This document shows, piece by piece, positions 50,323 through 60,226 of a stretch of 64,000 nt of DNA. Every line of letters starts with the position of its first letter. The first letter of the stretch is position 1. A model generated the notes under the pieces. That model saw nothing but the letters and a program-made list of their open reading frames with translations, did not search any database and was not told the origin of the DNA. Made by a program: the position numbers and the translations under genes. This DNA comes from Opitutales bacterium (GTDB lineage Bacteria > Verrucomicrobiota > Verrucomicrobiia > Opitutales > JABSRG01). Where the stretch lies: contig JBMYOQ010000001.1 of NCBI GenBank assembly GCA_049599475.1, forward strand, positions 1-64,000, given 5' to 3'.

Positions 50323-52635
50323 ATGAAAAAAATCCTCTCATCCTTCCTCTGTGCAGTCGTATTCCTTAATGGGCTGGCTGCAAAAGATGTGCTCGACCAT
50401 GTTAATGTCTTTGTGGGTACGGGTTACCACGGACACACCTTCCCGTCGGCCACGGTCCCTTATGGTTCCGTCGCACCGGGACCGGATACCTCAATACGTG
50501 GCTGGCATGCGGCTGCTGGATACCACTGGGATAAGCCGACTATTTTAGGTTTCAGTCAAACTCATTTGAGCGGCACGGGATTGATCGAGTGGGGGGATTT
50601 TATGATAATGCCTCGCAGTGGTCCTGTTCGTTACAAGCCAGGCCCGGAGGACAAGCCAGAAGTTGGCTATCGCTCTCGCTTTTCACACGATGATGAATCG
50701 GCGTCCCCGGGCTATTATCAAGTGCGCCTCTTGGATTATGATATTAATGTCGAACTCACTGCCACCGAGCGCGTGGCCTTCCACAAATATACATTTCCGG
50801 AGGGAAAAGATCGCCATGTAATTATGGATTTCATGCACCACATCGGTACTCCGATCGATGTGAAGCATGCCTATGTCCGAGTGCACGACGAATACACTGT
50901 AACTGGCTACCGCATCACAGAATCTCGCTGGGCTTCCAGCCGTTTCATGCATTTCGCTCTAAAATTTTCGGAGCCGATCGCAGAGCATATTCTGCGCAAT
51001 GAAGGCCGCGATTTGCTATACCCCAATATGCCAGATCTTGCGGCTCAACATATGCAAGCTGTATTTAAATTTTCGGACGCTACCGATGAGCCTCTGAAGG
51101 CGAAGATTTCGGTGTCTGCGGTATCTATGCGGAATGCTTTGGAGAATCTTGAAACTGAAATTCCACACTGGGATTTTGATAAAGTCCACGATTCGGCCCG
51201 CGGAAAGTGGAGAGAGCAGCTCAGCAAGGTCGACGCAAAAGGTAATGAGGAAGATCTGACCACCTTCTACTCTGCGCTCTATCGCACGATGATACATCCG
51301 GATGTTCACCAGGACGTAAACGGGGAATACCGTGGTATTGATAAAGAAATACACAAAGCTGACGGGTTTACCAATTACACTGTGTTCTCTTTGTGGGATA
51401 CCTTCCGCGCGGCTCACCCCTTGGCGACGATTTTGCACCCAGAGCGTACCGGGGAATTTGTAAAGTCGATGATGGCTCACCAGTCCTAGAGCCCGCATGG
51501 TATGCTACCCAATTGGTCCATGCATCATAACGAGAATTTCTGCATGATCGGTATTCACGCGGTCCCTGTAGTGGTGGACGCCTACATGAAGGGCCTTACG
51601 GATGTTCCGGAAGATCAACTGCTCGATGCGCTGGTGTCCACGGCGACGGCTCCAGGTGCTCACAAAATGAAATTCCGTGAATACCCTCAGTGGTATGGAC
51701 AAAAGCACTACGTTCGCTTAGGTTATTTCCCGGATGAATTAGTACGTTCAGGTGCGTCACTCACGCTTGAACACGCATATGATGACTGGGCAATTGGCCA
51801 TTTTGCGGATACCATCGGAAATGATTCGGTGGCCGAGGAATACCGGAAGCGTGGGCAAAACTACCGCAATGTGTGGGACCCCGAAACAGAGTTCTTCCGG
51901 GCTAAAATGTCCGATGGATCGTGGCATCCATTTTTTGATCCAAGAGCCTACCACCGTGAAGATCACAAAGATCGCGAGTACACGGAGGGTAATGCCTGGC
52001 AGTATCTCTTTTTCGCACCTCACGATGTCTATGGTATGATAGATCTCTTTGGTGGAGAGGACGCATTTAAGAGCCGCTTGGACATGCTCTTTTCCTTAGA
52101 GCCGGAAAAGGATGCCCCCGAAGTGAAAGATGTCTCTGGTCTTATCGGCGACTACGCTCACGGCAACGAACCCTGCCATCATGTGGCGTATCTCTACAAC
52201 TATGTCGGTGAGTCTTGGAAGACGCAGGAGCGCATCCGCGAGATTGCTGATCTCTTTTATCACCCCACGCCGGAAGGACTGATCGGTAATGAAGACGCTG
52301 GGCAAATGTCTGCTTGGTATGTCATGAGCTCATTTGGCTTTTACCCCGTGAACCCAGCGGGAGGCATTTACGTGATCGGCACTCCCTTGCTTCCAGAGAT
52401 GACACTGAACCTTGAAAACGGGAATCAGTTCGAAATCAAAGCCAAGAATTATGGAGCCGATCGTCCTTATATCCAGTCTGTGAAACTAAATGGAAAGCCG
52501 CTGGAGCGAGTCTGGATCCAGCATTCAGATATCACAGCAGGGGGTGTTTTGGAGTTCACCATGGGTGCTGAACCCAGTGAATGGGGCGCTAATTCGCCGA
52601 AAGTTCCGCTTGCGGACGGCAAGACATCTTCCTAG
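50323..52635 (+). pseudogene. GH92 alpha-mannosidase-family gene interrupted by a single in-frame TAG (51487-51489)
   Basis: GHTFP.A..P.G, GFSQTHLSGTG, SLWDTFR, YTEGNAWQY, HGNEP.HH, GNEDAGQMSAWY; both halves in one frame, joined as AHQS*SPHGMLPNW. Confidence 0.85.
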
Positions 52636-52658
52636 TTTGCTGAGAATAAGCAGCAATT

Positions 52659-53270
52659 GTGGAGTATAAAAACGTAAGAGACATCGTAACGGATCGCCTT
52701 CGCGAGGAGGTCCTCCTAGGGAAATTCAAGACGGGCGAATCCATTCGCGAGATACCTTTGGCGGAGCGCTACAAGGTGAGTCGAGGTCCCATTCGCGATG
52801 CTCTCTTGCAACTCAGTCAGGAAGGCCTGCTTGAAAATATTCCCAATCGCGGTGTCAAAGTAGCCAAGGAATGGGACGAATCCCTCGTCATGGTAATGGT
52901 GGGCATTCGTGTCGAGCTGGAGTCTTTTGCGATAAAAGCGCTGGTTGAGAATCCTTCCGATGAATACTTCCGTTTGGTGCGGGATAATCTTCGCATGTTC
53001 AAACTCGCCTGTGAAGACGCAGATATGCCGACGGTCGTACAGCTCGACCTTCAGTTCCACCGTTTGATGCTGCGCGAATGCGGGCATACCGGCCTGGAAT
53101 CCGTTTGGTTGCCCATGCTGGGTGGTTTGCGTCTGCCTTATTCGCGGCACCAGGACCTCTCTGAGAGCTATGATGAGCACGCAGCCATTGTAAAAGCCAT
53201 CGAGGGTGGAGACGCGAAAGCCGCGATCAAAGCGCTGAAGCAGAACATCGAAATCCCCTTCAAAGACTGA
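52659..53270 (+). CDS. GntR-family (FCD/FadR-type) regulator
   Basis: LAERYKVSRGPIRDAL wHTH; D..FH and EH..I in the FCD domain. Confidence 0.93.
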   Translation: MEYKNVRDIVTDRLREEVLLGKFKTGESIREIPLAERYKVSRGPIRDALLQLSQEGLLENIPNRGVKVAKEWDESLVMVMVGIRVELESFAIKALVENPSDEYFRLVRDNLRMFKLACEDADMPTVVQLDLQFHRLMLRECGHTGLESVWLPMLGGLRLPYSRHQDLSESYDEHAAIVKAIEGGDAKAAIKALKQNIEIPFKD

Positions 53271-53313
53271 TCTAGATCGCTGAGATCCAACTTTAGGCTC
53301 GCTTTTTAAATAA

Positions 53314-53323
53314 TTGTTAACAA
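53314..53323. promoter_or_regulatory. Putative GntR operator, copy 3
   Basis: Perfect palindrome TTGTTAACAA just upstream of the aldehyde dehydrogenase start. Confidence 0.55.
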
Positions 53324-53332
53324 AATGCAAGT

Positions 53333-54820
53333 ATGGATTTATTAACCGATGTCCCCTCCAAGACTCGACACTTTGAGCAGTGGATTAATGGTGCCTATGT
53401 TGCCCCGACGTCTGGAAAGTACATAGAACGGATTAGCCCCGCACATGATACCCCTGTCACGGAGATTCCTGAGGGTAGCGCCGAGGACGTAAACATCGCC
53501 GTTGCAGCGGCGAGGAAGAGTTTTGAAGCAGGTGATTGGGCTCAGACTCCCGGAGCCGAGAGAGCAGAATTGCTCAATGCCGTAGCTGCTACTCTGATTG
53601 AGCGTAAGGATGAGCTTGCAATGCTTGAGACTCTTGAGAGCGGAAAACCGCTCAAGCAATCGGGCTTCGAAGTGGAGTGGGCAGCCGGTCTTTGGAAACA
53701 TGCCGCAGCCCTGTGCCGCCATCTATATGGTGAAAGTAGCAATACCTTAGGAGAGGGCACCCTAGCGATCTCGATTCGCGAGCCGATCGGGGTCGTCGGT
53801 CTGATCACGCCTTGGAATTTCCCGCTTTTGATCGCGAGCCAGAAGATCCCGTATGCCTTGGCTGCAGGATGTTCGATGGTCGTCAAGCCATCCGAGCTCA
53901 CATCGTCGACTACCTTAGTCCTGGGCGAAATTCTGAAGACATGCGGACTTCCCGATGGCGTCCTCAATGTCGTAACGGGATATGGAAGTCCAGTAGGTCA
54001 AACCCTCGTCGAGCATGAAGAGGTCGAGATGATTTCATTTACCGGCTCTACTCAGGTGGGTAAGGCTATCAGCCGAGCGGCAGCCGGGACCCTCAAGAAG
54101 GTCTGTTTGGAGCTCGGGGGTAAAAACCCAATGATCGTCATGGACGACGCCGATTTGGATGCCGTCATCGACGCCGCACGCTTGGGTGGATTCTTCAATA
54201 TGGGTGAGTGCTGCAATGCGAGCAGCCGTATTCTGGTCCAAGAAGGGATTGCGGACGAATTTGTCGACCGCCTCACCGCATTTGCGAAAGAACTCAAAGT
54301 CGCGGATCCATTGAATGAAGACTCCAAATTGGGCGCTATTATTAATGATACTCAGGAAGAAAAGATTCTGGGTTACATTCAAGCAGGACGGGAAGCTGGC
54401 GCCACTGTCTGCTGTGGTGGTGGAAAGTTGGATACAGAGAAAGGTCGATTTCTAGATGTGACAATTTTGGATAAGGTCCCAGCAGATTCGCCGGTTGCGA
54501 GCGAAGAAGTTTTTGGGCCCGTGCTCTCTATCATTCGAGTGAAATCCTTAGACGAAGCGATCCACATCGCCAACGATTCACACTACGGTCTCTCTGCAGG
54601 TATCTTTACCAACGACTACAACCAGGCGATGAAAGCATCTCGCTCTTTGCGCGCAGGTACTGTCTGGGTGAATACATGGCTCGAAGGGCACCCTGAAATC
54701 TCTTTCGGCGGATATCGTCGGAGTGGTCTCGGGCGTGAACTCGGCAGTCGCGCTGTAGAAGAGTATACCGAAGAGAAAAGCATCCTGTTCTCACTTGGTA
54801 AGCGACAGCCTTGGTGGTAA
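53333..54820 (+). CDS. NAD(P)-dependent aldehyde dehydrogenase
   Basis: ITPWNFP, KPSE, FTGST, LELGGK, GECC, EEVFGP. Confidence 0.95.
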   Translation: MDLLTDVPSKTRHFEQWINGAYVAPTSGKYIERISPAHDTPVTEIPEGSAEDVNIAVAAARKSFEAGDWAQTPGAERAELLNAVAATLIERKDELAMLETLESGKPLKQSGFEVEWAAGLWKHAAALCRHLYGESSNTLGEGTLAISIREPIGVVGLITPWNFPLLIASQKIPYALAAGCSMVVKPSELTSSTTLVLGEILKTCGLPDGVLNVVTGYGSPVGQTLVEHEEVEMISFTGSTQVGKAISRAAAGTLKKVCLELGGKNPMIVMDDADLDAVIDAARLGGFFNMGECCNASSRILVQEGIADEFVDRLTAFAKELKVADPLNEDSKLGAIINDTQEEKILGYIQAGREAGATVCCGGGKLDTEKGRFLDVTILDKVPADSPVASEEVFGPVLSIIRVKSLDEAIHIANDSHYGLSAGIFTNDYNQAMKASRSLRAGTVWVNTWLEGHPEISFGGYRRSGLGRELGSRAVEEYTEEKSILFSLGKRQPWW

Positions 54821-54838
54821 TCGACCCTAGCATGCTAC

Positions 54839-55606
54839 ATGAAAACCTCAATACAACTCGAGATAAATGAGGGCGTCGCGAGTCTGCTCTTGTGTCCTCC
54901 TGAAGGAAAACCTCCGACGCTGGACGGAGAGGTCTTGGCGGAGCTGGAACATGCCGTGGTGCAGGCCAAATCCGCGAACCCTCGGGTCTTAGTCGTTAAA
55001 AGCCAATCGGCAAAATTTTTCTGTGTGGGCGCCAATATCAATGTGCTCAAAGAGACTACTGAGAAAACCATCGTGCCCTGGGTGATGGAGGGGCATCGCA
55101 TATTAAATATGCTCGAAGACCTGCCTTTTCCCGTGTTGGCAGTAGTCGAGGGCTACGCCATGGGAGGTGGTCTGGAATTGGCGATGGCCTGCGATATTAT
55201 TTATGCGTCCGAATCAGCAAAAATCGCGCAGTCTGAAGCAGGTTTGGGTTTCATTCCTGGATGGGGTGGCACCCGACGTCTAGCCCAGCGAGTGGGTGTC
55301 GGCCAAGCAAAGAAAATTTTCTACACAGGAGAAATGTTGGATGCTCAGAAAGCATGTAACTTAGGTCTCGTGGACGCTGTTTACACGAGCGAACAGATGG
55401 CAGAGGAGGTCGAAGGCTTTTGTAATTCGGTCCTCAAGAATAATGCCAACGCAATATCCCAATTCAAAACCATCCTCGAAGCAGGAGAGCGCGCGGCACG
55501 TAATGCCAACGCCACCGAAGAAGCATTTAGATCTGTGACTTGTCTCCAAGATCCTGATGCAAAAAAGCGCCTCGAGGATTTCTTAAATAAGAAAAGATCT
55601 AAATAG
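54839..55606 (+). CDS. Enoyl-CoA hydratase/isomerase (crotonase) family
   Basis: FCVGANI, AMGGGLELAMACD, E..LG.IPGWGGT. Confidence 0.92.
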   Translation: MKTSIQLEINEGVASLLLCPPEGKPPTLDGEVLAELEHAVVQAKSANPRVLVVKSQSAKFFCVGANINVLKETTEKTIVPWVMEGHRILNMLEDLPFPVLAVVEGYAMGGGLELAMACDIIYASESAKIAQSEAGLGFIPGWGGTRRLAQRVGVGQAKKIFYTGEMLDAQKACNLGLVDAVYTSEQMAEEVEGFCNSVLKNNANAISQFKTILEAGERAARNANATEEAFRSVTCLQDPDAKKRLEDFLNKKRSK

Positions 55607-56803
55607 ATGATTCAAAAAGAAGCACTTTCCGGCATCCGTATACTCGACTTTAGCCATGTCTATCAAGGGCCTGTGGGTACGCAGATTCTTGCAGACTATG
55701 GAGCGGATGTCATCAAGGTAGAACGTCCAGGTAGCGGTGATTGGAGCCGTGCCTGGGGGCCATTTGTCAAAGAAATTTCATTACCATTCGCGAATCTAAA
55801 TCGGAACAAGCGCTCGATCACCGTCAACATGAAGAGCGAATCGGGTAAGGAGATTATTCGAAAACTCGTGAGAGAATCAGATGTCCTGGTGCACAACTTC
55901 CGACAAGGTGTCATGGAGAAGCTGGGCTTTGGCTATGAAGACCTTAAAGAGATCAACCCATCTCTGATTTATGCGACATCAAATGGTTGGGGTGATACGG
56001 GACCTTATGCAGAAAAAGGGCGTGCGGGTCATGATATGATGGCGCGAGCTGAGGCAGGGTGGTTTGTCTCATACGACGATGAAAAGGCCCCGATTCCCGG
56101 CGGTATCAGCATTGATTATGCAGCTGGCTTGAATCTCATGGTCGGTATCTTGACTGCGCTGGTCCATCGTTTGAAGTCTGGGGAAGGGCAGTATGTGTCT
56201 ACCGATTTGTTTAGCGTGGCGTTTCACGGACACGCATGGGATGCGGCGTCTCGCCTTAATTCTGAAAAAATTGATCGAAATGCTGCAGTGGGCGGTACCG
56301 AGGCTGCAATCAATAAGGCCTTTAAGACGGCAGATGGCTTTATCGAAATTTCTCCAGTTTTCTCCGATAATGCGCTGCGCGATATTTCGACCGCCTTGGG
56401 CCTTGGAGATTTGTCTCAGAAGCCTGAATACTCTACCGAGCCGCTGCAAATTGAGAATAATATCGAGCTGAATGCGACGCTCGCTGAGGCTTTCTTAACG
56501 AAAACAACTCAAGAATGGATGACCGAGCTCGAGGCGAGTGGCGTATTGTGCGCTCGAGTCAATTCCTTTGAAGATGCGGCTCAGGATCCGCAAATCGAAC
56601 ACAACAAGATGATTGTGTCGATGGATGATGAGGCTGCAGGCCCCCTAAAGCTTCTTGGTAATCCAATTCGTTTACAATCTACACCGCCTAAATTAGAGAA
56701 ATTCCCCCCACGCCTAGGCGAACACAATCGAGATGTGGCCCTCGAGATCGGTTATTCCGAGGAAGAGGTTGCGCGCATGGAAGAGGAAGGGGTTCTTGGA
56801 TGA
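55607..56803 (+). CDS. CaiB/BaiF family III CoA-transferase
   Basis: LADYGADVIKVE, NRNKRS, DVLVHNFR, IDYAAG, PPRLGEH. Confidence 0.94.
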   Translation: MIQKEALSGIRILDFSHVYQGPVGTQILADYGADVIKVERPGSGDWSRAWGPFVKEISLPFANLNRNKRSITVNMKSESGKEIIRKLVRESDVLVHNFRQGVMEKLGFGYEDLKEINPSLIYATSNGWGDTGPYAEKGRAGHDMMARAEAGWFVSYDDEKAPIPGGISIDYAAGLNLMVGILTALVHRLKSGEGQYVSTDLFSVAFHGHAWDAASRLNSEKIDRNAAVGGTEAAINKAFKTADGFIEISPVFSDNALRDISTALGLGDLSQKPEYSTEPLQIENNIELNATLAEAFLTKTTQEWMTELEASGVLCARVNSFEDAAQDPQIEHNKMIVSMDDEAAGPLKLLGNPIRLQSTPPKLEKFPPRLGEHNRDVALEIGYSEEEVARMEEEGVLG

Positions 56804-56997
56804 TAAGCGAATTTTCCCTGGGCATCTGCGATCTGGCCTCTTCGAGACCGAAACAAAACCTTTCTAACCCGCCGACATATTCACCCTTCAGTGGCTTCCT
56901 CGCCCTACGCAATTCGGCTGGCTCTGCTGTCGCTCGCGGAGGTGTTTATCAGACATCCCCTCAAATTATTATCTGCTAAAATAACACATGCTCTCTC

Positions 56998-58377
56998 ATG
57001 AATAAGAAACTATTTTTATGGTCATTAACCTCTGCCTTATCGGGCTTCCTGTTCGGATTCGATACGGTGGTTATATCTGGGGCTGAGCAGGCCTTCCAGG
57101 AGTTTTGGGCGCTGAGCAATGTCATGCACGCGTGTGTCATGACATCGGCCCTGGTCGGTACTATCATAGGTGCGGTTTTGGGTAGCTGGCCCTCGGACAA
57201 GCTTGGACGCAAAACGACTCTGCTTTGGATCGGTGTCATGTATTTTATCTCAGCCTTGGGATCCGGGATCGCACCCGATCCATACACGCTGATGATCGCC
57301 CGATTCATCGGAGGTGTCGGCATTGGTATCTCCACCGTTGCCGGGCCGCTCTATATTTCTGAAATGGCTCCCGCTAATATGCGTGGGCGTCTGACCGGTC
57401 TCTACCAGTTTAATTTGGTATTCGGTATCTTGATCGCTTTTGTCTCTAACATGTTGCTCAACAAATTTATGGGTGATGCCTCATGGCGCTGGATGCTGGG
57501 AATCGAAGCAATCCCTGCGATTCTCTACACAGTAATGTGTATCAAAATTCCTGAGAGCCCACGTTGGTTGATCCTTAACAAGGGCGACACAGCCGCGGGT
57601 GCAGCTGTCTTGAAACAGGTAAATCCTGAGAAAAGTGAAGCAGAGATTACGGCTATGGTCTCTGAGATCGCTGCTTCAGGTGGAAAGAAAGGGGAGAAGC
57701 ACCCTTTCTTCACCGCAGAACTCTTCAAGCCAATCATGCTGGTATTCTTGCTTTCAGCGTTCAACCAGTTGTCTGGAATCAACGCGGTCTTATATTATTC
57801 AAAACGCATTTTTGAAATGGGTGGCTTCGAGACCGAGGCAGCTTTGATGGCTTCGATCGGTATTGGCGCGACCAATTTTATCTTCACCTTTATTGGCTTG
57901 TGGATGATCGACAAGTTCGGTCGTAAGACGAATCTGTTTATTGGTTCGATTGGTTATATCACCTTCCTCTTATTAATCGCTTGGTCCTTCTCCACGGATA
58001 ATGAGACGATAAAATCGATCATGCCCTTCTTTGTATTCGGATTTATCGGCGCCCATGGCGTCGGACAAGGGGCTGTGATTTGGGTGTATATTTCCGAGAT
58101 TTTCCCTGCGCATCACCGGGCTCATGGTACGTCGTTCGGGGTATCGGTTCACTGGGTATTTGCTGCCGCGATCACCTTCATTTTCCCGATCGTGGTCAAT
58201 GCCTTTGAGCCGGTTTACATCTTTGGGTTCTTCGCATTTATGATGGTTCTGCAACTCATCTGGGTGGTCACCATGGTCATCGAGACGAAGGGACGCAGCC
58301 TTGAAGAGATGGAGCAAATGCTCGGCATTAAAAGTAGTGCCGAAGGGACTGCTGCAGTTTCGGCAGCTCAGAAGTAA
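56998..58377 (+). CDS. MFS sugar porter
   Basis: GFLFGFDT, DKLGRK, PLYISE, PESPRW, NQLSGIN, ETKGRSLE. Confidence 0.95.
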   Translation: MNKKLFLWSLTSALSGFLFGFDTVVISGAEQAFQEFWALSNVMHACVMTSALVGTIIGAVLGSWPSDKLGRKTTLLWIGVMYFISALGSGIAPDPYTLMIARFIGGVGIGISTVAGPLYISEMAPANMRGRLTGLYQFNLVFGILIAFVSNMLLNKFMGDASWRWMLGIEAIPAILYTVMCIKIPESPRWLILNKGDTAAGAAVLKQVNPEKSEAEITAMVSEIAASGGKKGEKHPFFTAELFKPIMLVFLLSAFNQLSGINAVLYYSKRIFEMGGFETEAALMASIGIGATNFIFTFIGLWMIDKFGRKTNLFIGSIGYITFLLLIAWSFSTDNETIKSIMPFFVFGFIGAHGVGQGAVIWVYISEIFPAHHRAHGTSFGVSVHWVFAAAITFIFPIVVNAFEPVYIFGFFAFMMVLQLIWVVTMVIETKGRSLEEMEQMLGIKSSAEGTAAVSAAQK

Positions 58378-58440
58378 CTGAGGGGCTAATACAACTTCCC
58401 TTCCGAGGTGATTCAGGAGGGGTTTTCGTGAGATGGGGGC

Positions 58441-58962
58441 CTAGGATTCTTTAGAATCCTGGGCCTTCTTTTTGCGTTCCAAAAAGTCAGTCCGAACGGA
58501 TTCGATCATGTATAGAATTACGCCCACCACGATTGCCGAGTCTGCGATGTTATAAACCGGCCAGTGATAATTGATAAACGGGATGATGTTCAGGATGAAA
58601 TCGGTGACAAAGCCCTGCCAAACACGATCGATCAAGTTCCCGACGATGCCGCCCGTGATCAAACCGAATATAAACTGGATCCAAGTGCGGTGAAGCTCGA
58701 GTTGCTTCCGAAAGAAGCCAATCGCAAAAATGGCAGCCACCGCGAGAATGGAGAAGAGCCAACCGAAGCCTTCAAACTGTCCCCATGCAGCACCCCAATT
58801 GCCTACGTGGACAAAGTAAAAGTAGTCCGGGATGATCTCTATGGAGTGGGGTCCAATGTAAGACTCGAAAGGGATGGTTTGCCGCACCCACGCCTTCGTG
58901 ATTTGGTCTGCAACCAAGATCCCTAAGCCTAGGCCAATAACGAGTTTATACTTACTCAACAT
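58441..58962 (-). CDS. lspA: Lipoprotein signal peptidase II
   Basis: DQITK, N.GAAWG, GNLIDR, VTDF, YNIAD. Confidence 0.95.
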   Translation of the reverse strand: MLSKYKLVIGLGLGILVADQITKAWVRQTIPFESYIGPHSIEIIPDYFYFVHVGNWGAAWGQFEGFGWLFSILAVAAIFAIGFFRKQLELHRTWIQFIFGLITGGIVGNLIDRVWQGFVTDFILNIIPFINYHWPVYNIADSAIVVGVILYMIESVRTDFLERKKKAQDSKES

Positions 58963-58967
58963 CCTAG

Positions 58968-59159
58968 GATAGAGACGGACTGGTGAGCCGTCTAATTTGG
59001 AATTTTGGGGCCATCCTTAGGGTGTCGCTAATCTCCGAGCGGTGGATATTGTGATCAGGCTCAGCACCTACTCCGGTTTCGAACCCTGTTGCGAACACAC
59101 CTGCGCTGCAGGGATGCCATTCGAGCTGCCAGCGGCCCACCGAGACGGTTCGCCCTACC
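58968..59159. repeat. Cluster of degenerate REP/REPIN-like palindromes
   Basis: GATAG-AGACGG..GAGCCGTCT (58968-58993); GGTG-TCGCTAATCTCCGAGCGGTGG (59021-59045); minus-strand GGTAGGGCGAACCGTCTCGGTGGGCCGC (59132-59159). Confidence 0.55.
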
Positions 59160-59259
59160 ATTTCGTTAAGAAAGAATCCTAGAGAGAACTTATAAATTGC
59201 GGTAAGGCGTGCGCAGTTGGGAGTGTCAGGTGGAAAGAGAGCTTAGGGCTGAGCGAGGA

Positions 59260-60081
59260 CTACTCTTCGTCATCGTCGTTGGCAAGGCGAGGGGCATCCT
59301 CATCTTCGTCCATGAAGACGTTGCCACGCTCGATCTTGCGACGATTGGTGCGCTCGTATTCGGCCTGACCTTCCACAGAGTGGCGGGCAAACGGTACGGC
59401 CTCGAGGCGCTCTTCGGCGATCGGTTCACCTGTCATCTCGCAGACGCCGTAGGTGCCGTTGAAAATGCGTTGAATGGCCTCTTCGATTTCAATCAGAGCC
59501 TCCTGTTCGGAAGATACGAGGCTGAGGGCCAAATCGCGGTCGAAAGTCTCTGTGCCAGCATCTGCTTGGTGTTGGCCGTAGCCTGAAAGATCTCCGGAAT
59601 CATCGCGAGATGAGCGACGCAAGGTCTCCTCTGTGTGGTAGTTGATACCTTCCTGGAGCTGAGTGCGCATATCGAGAAGTTTCTTGTACCACTTCTTATA
59701 TTTGGGAGCGACCCGCTCGTCTGCTTCATTTGCAGGCTTGGGCTTACTTGCCGCGGGGTTGAAACCAAGAATGTCAGCAATTGAAGCAGCCTGGTAGGAC
59801 TTCTTCTCGGTTGGCACATTGTCCAAATTTGGAGCTGGTTTTTTCTTCGCAGCGGCCTTTTTCGCCTTTGGGGCCTTCTTCTTAGGCGCCGGTGTTGCGG
59901 GTTCGACCTTGCGTGTTTTGATGATCTTTATCGCGTCCTCGGGCGTGAACGGAGCAGCGGCAGCCTTCTTTGTGCGGACCTTGAATACGGCCGGAGTTTC
60001 CTTGCGCTTACCTTTTAGGCGTTCAAATGCTTTGGGCTGTGTAGATTCCATTTCTTCTTTTGCTGTATCTGTTTGTGCCAC
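59260..60081 (-). CDS. dksA: TraR/DksA-family protein with Lys/Ala-rich N-terminal extension
   Basis: HQADAGTETFDRD, IEEAIQRI..GTYGVCE..GEPI...RLEAVP. Confidence 0.85.
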   Translation of the reverse strand: MAQTDTAKEEMESTQPKAFERLKGKRKETPAVFKVRTKKAAAAPFTPEDAIKIIKTRKVEPATPAPKKKAPKAKKAAAKKKPAPNLDNVPTEKKSYQAASIADILGFNPAASKPKPANEADERVAPKYKKWYKKLLDMRTQLQEGINYHTEETLRRSSRDDSGDLSGYGQHQADAGTETFDRDLALSLVSSEQEALIEIEEAIQRIFNGTYGVCEMTGEPIAEERLEAVPFARHSVEGQAEYERTNRRKIERGNVFMDEDEDAPRLANDDDEE

Positions 60082-60226
60082 TGTATTCTATAAAGTTTTC
60101 TGTATGTTTGGGGTCTAGTTCGTTGTATCTGTTCGGATCAATTCGCCTTCAGTTCGGCTGTGCTTTAATCGATTAAAATTCGGAAAAGTATAGGGTATAT
60201 TTAGCTGAAGGTTGAGGTTGATGCTC

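Noticed and set aside
51487..51489. Pyrrolysine or reassigned TAG codon
   Set aside because: TAG acts as a normal stop for several genes here, and no pyl genes are present.
59020..59160. 6S RNA-like rod structure
   Set aside because: Short, and its arms match the GTAG-REP repeats seen elsewhere in the window, so it is better explained as a REPIN.
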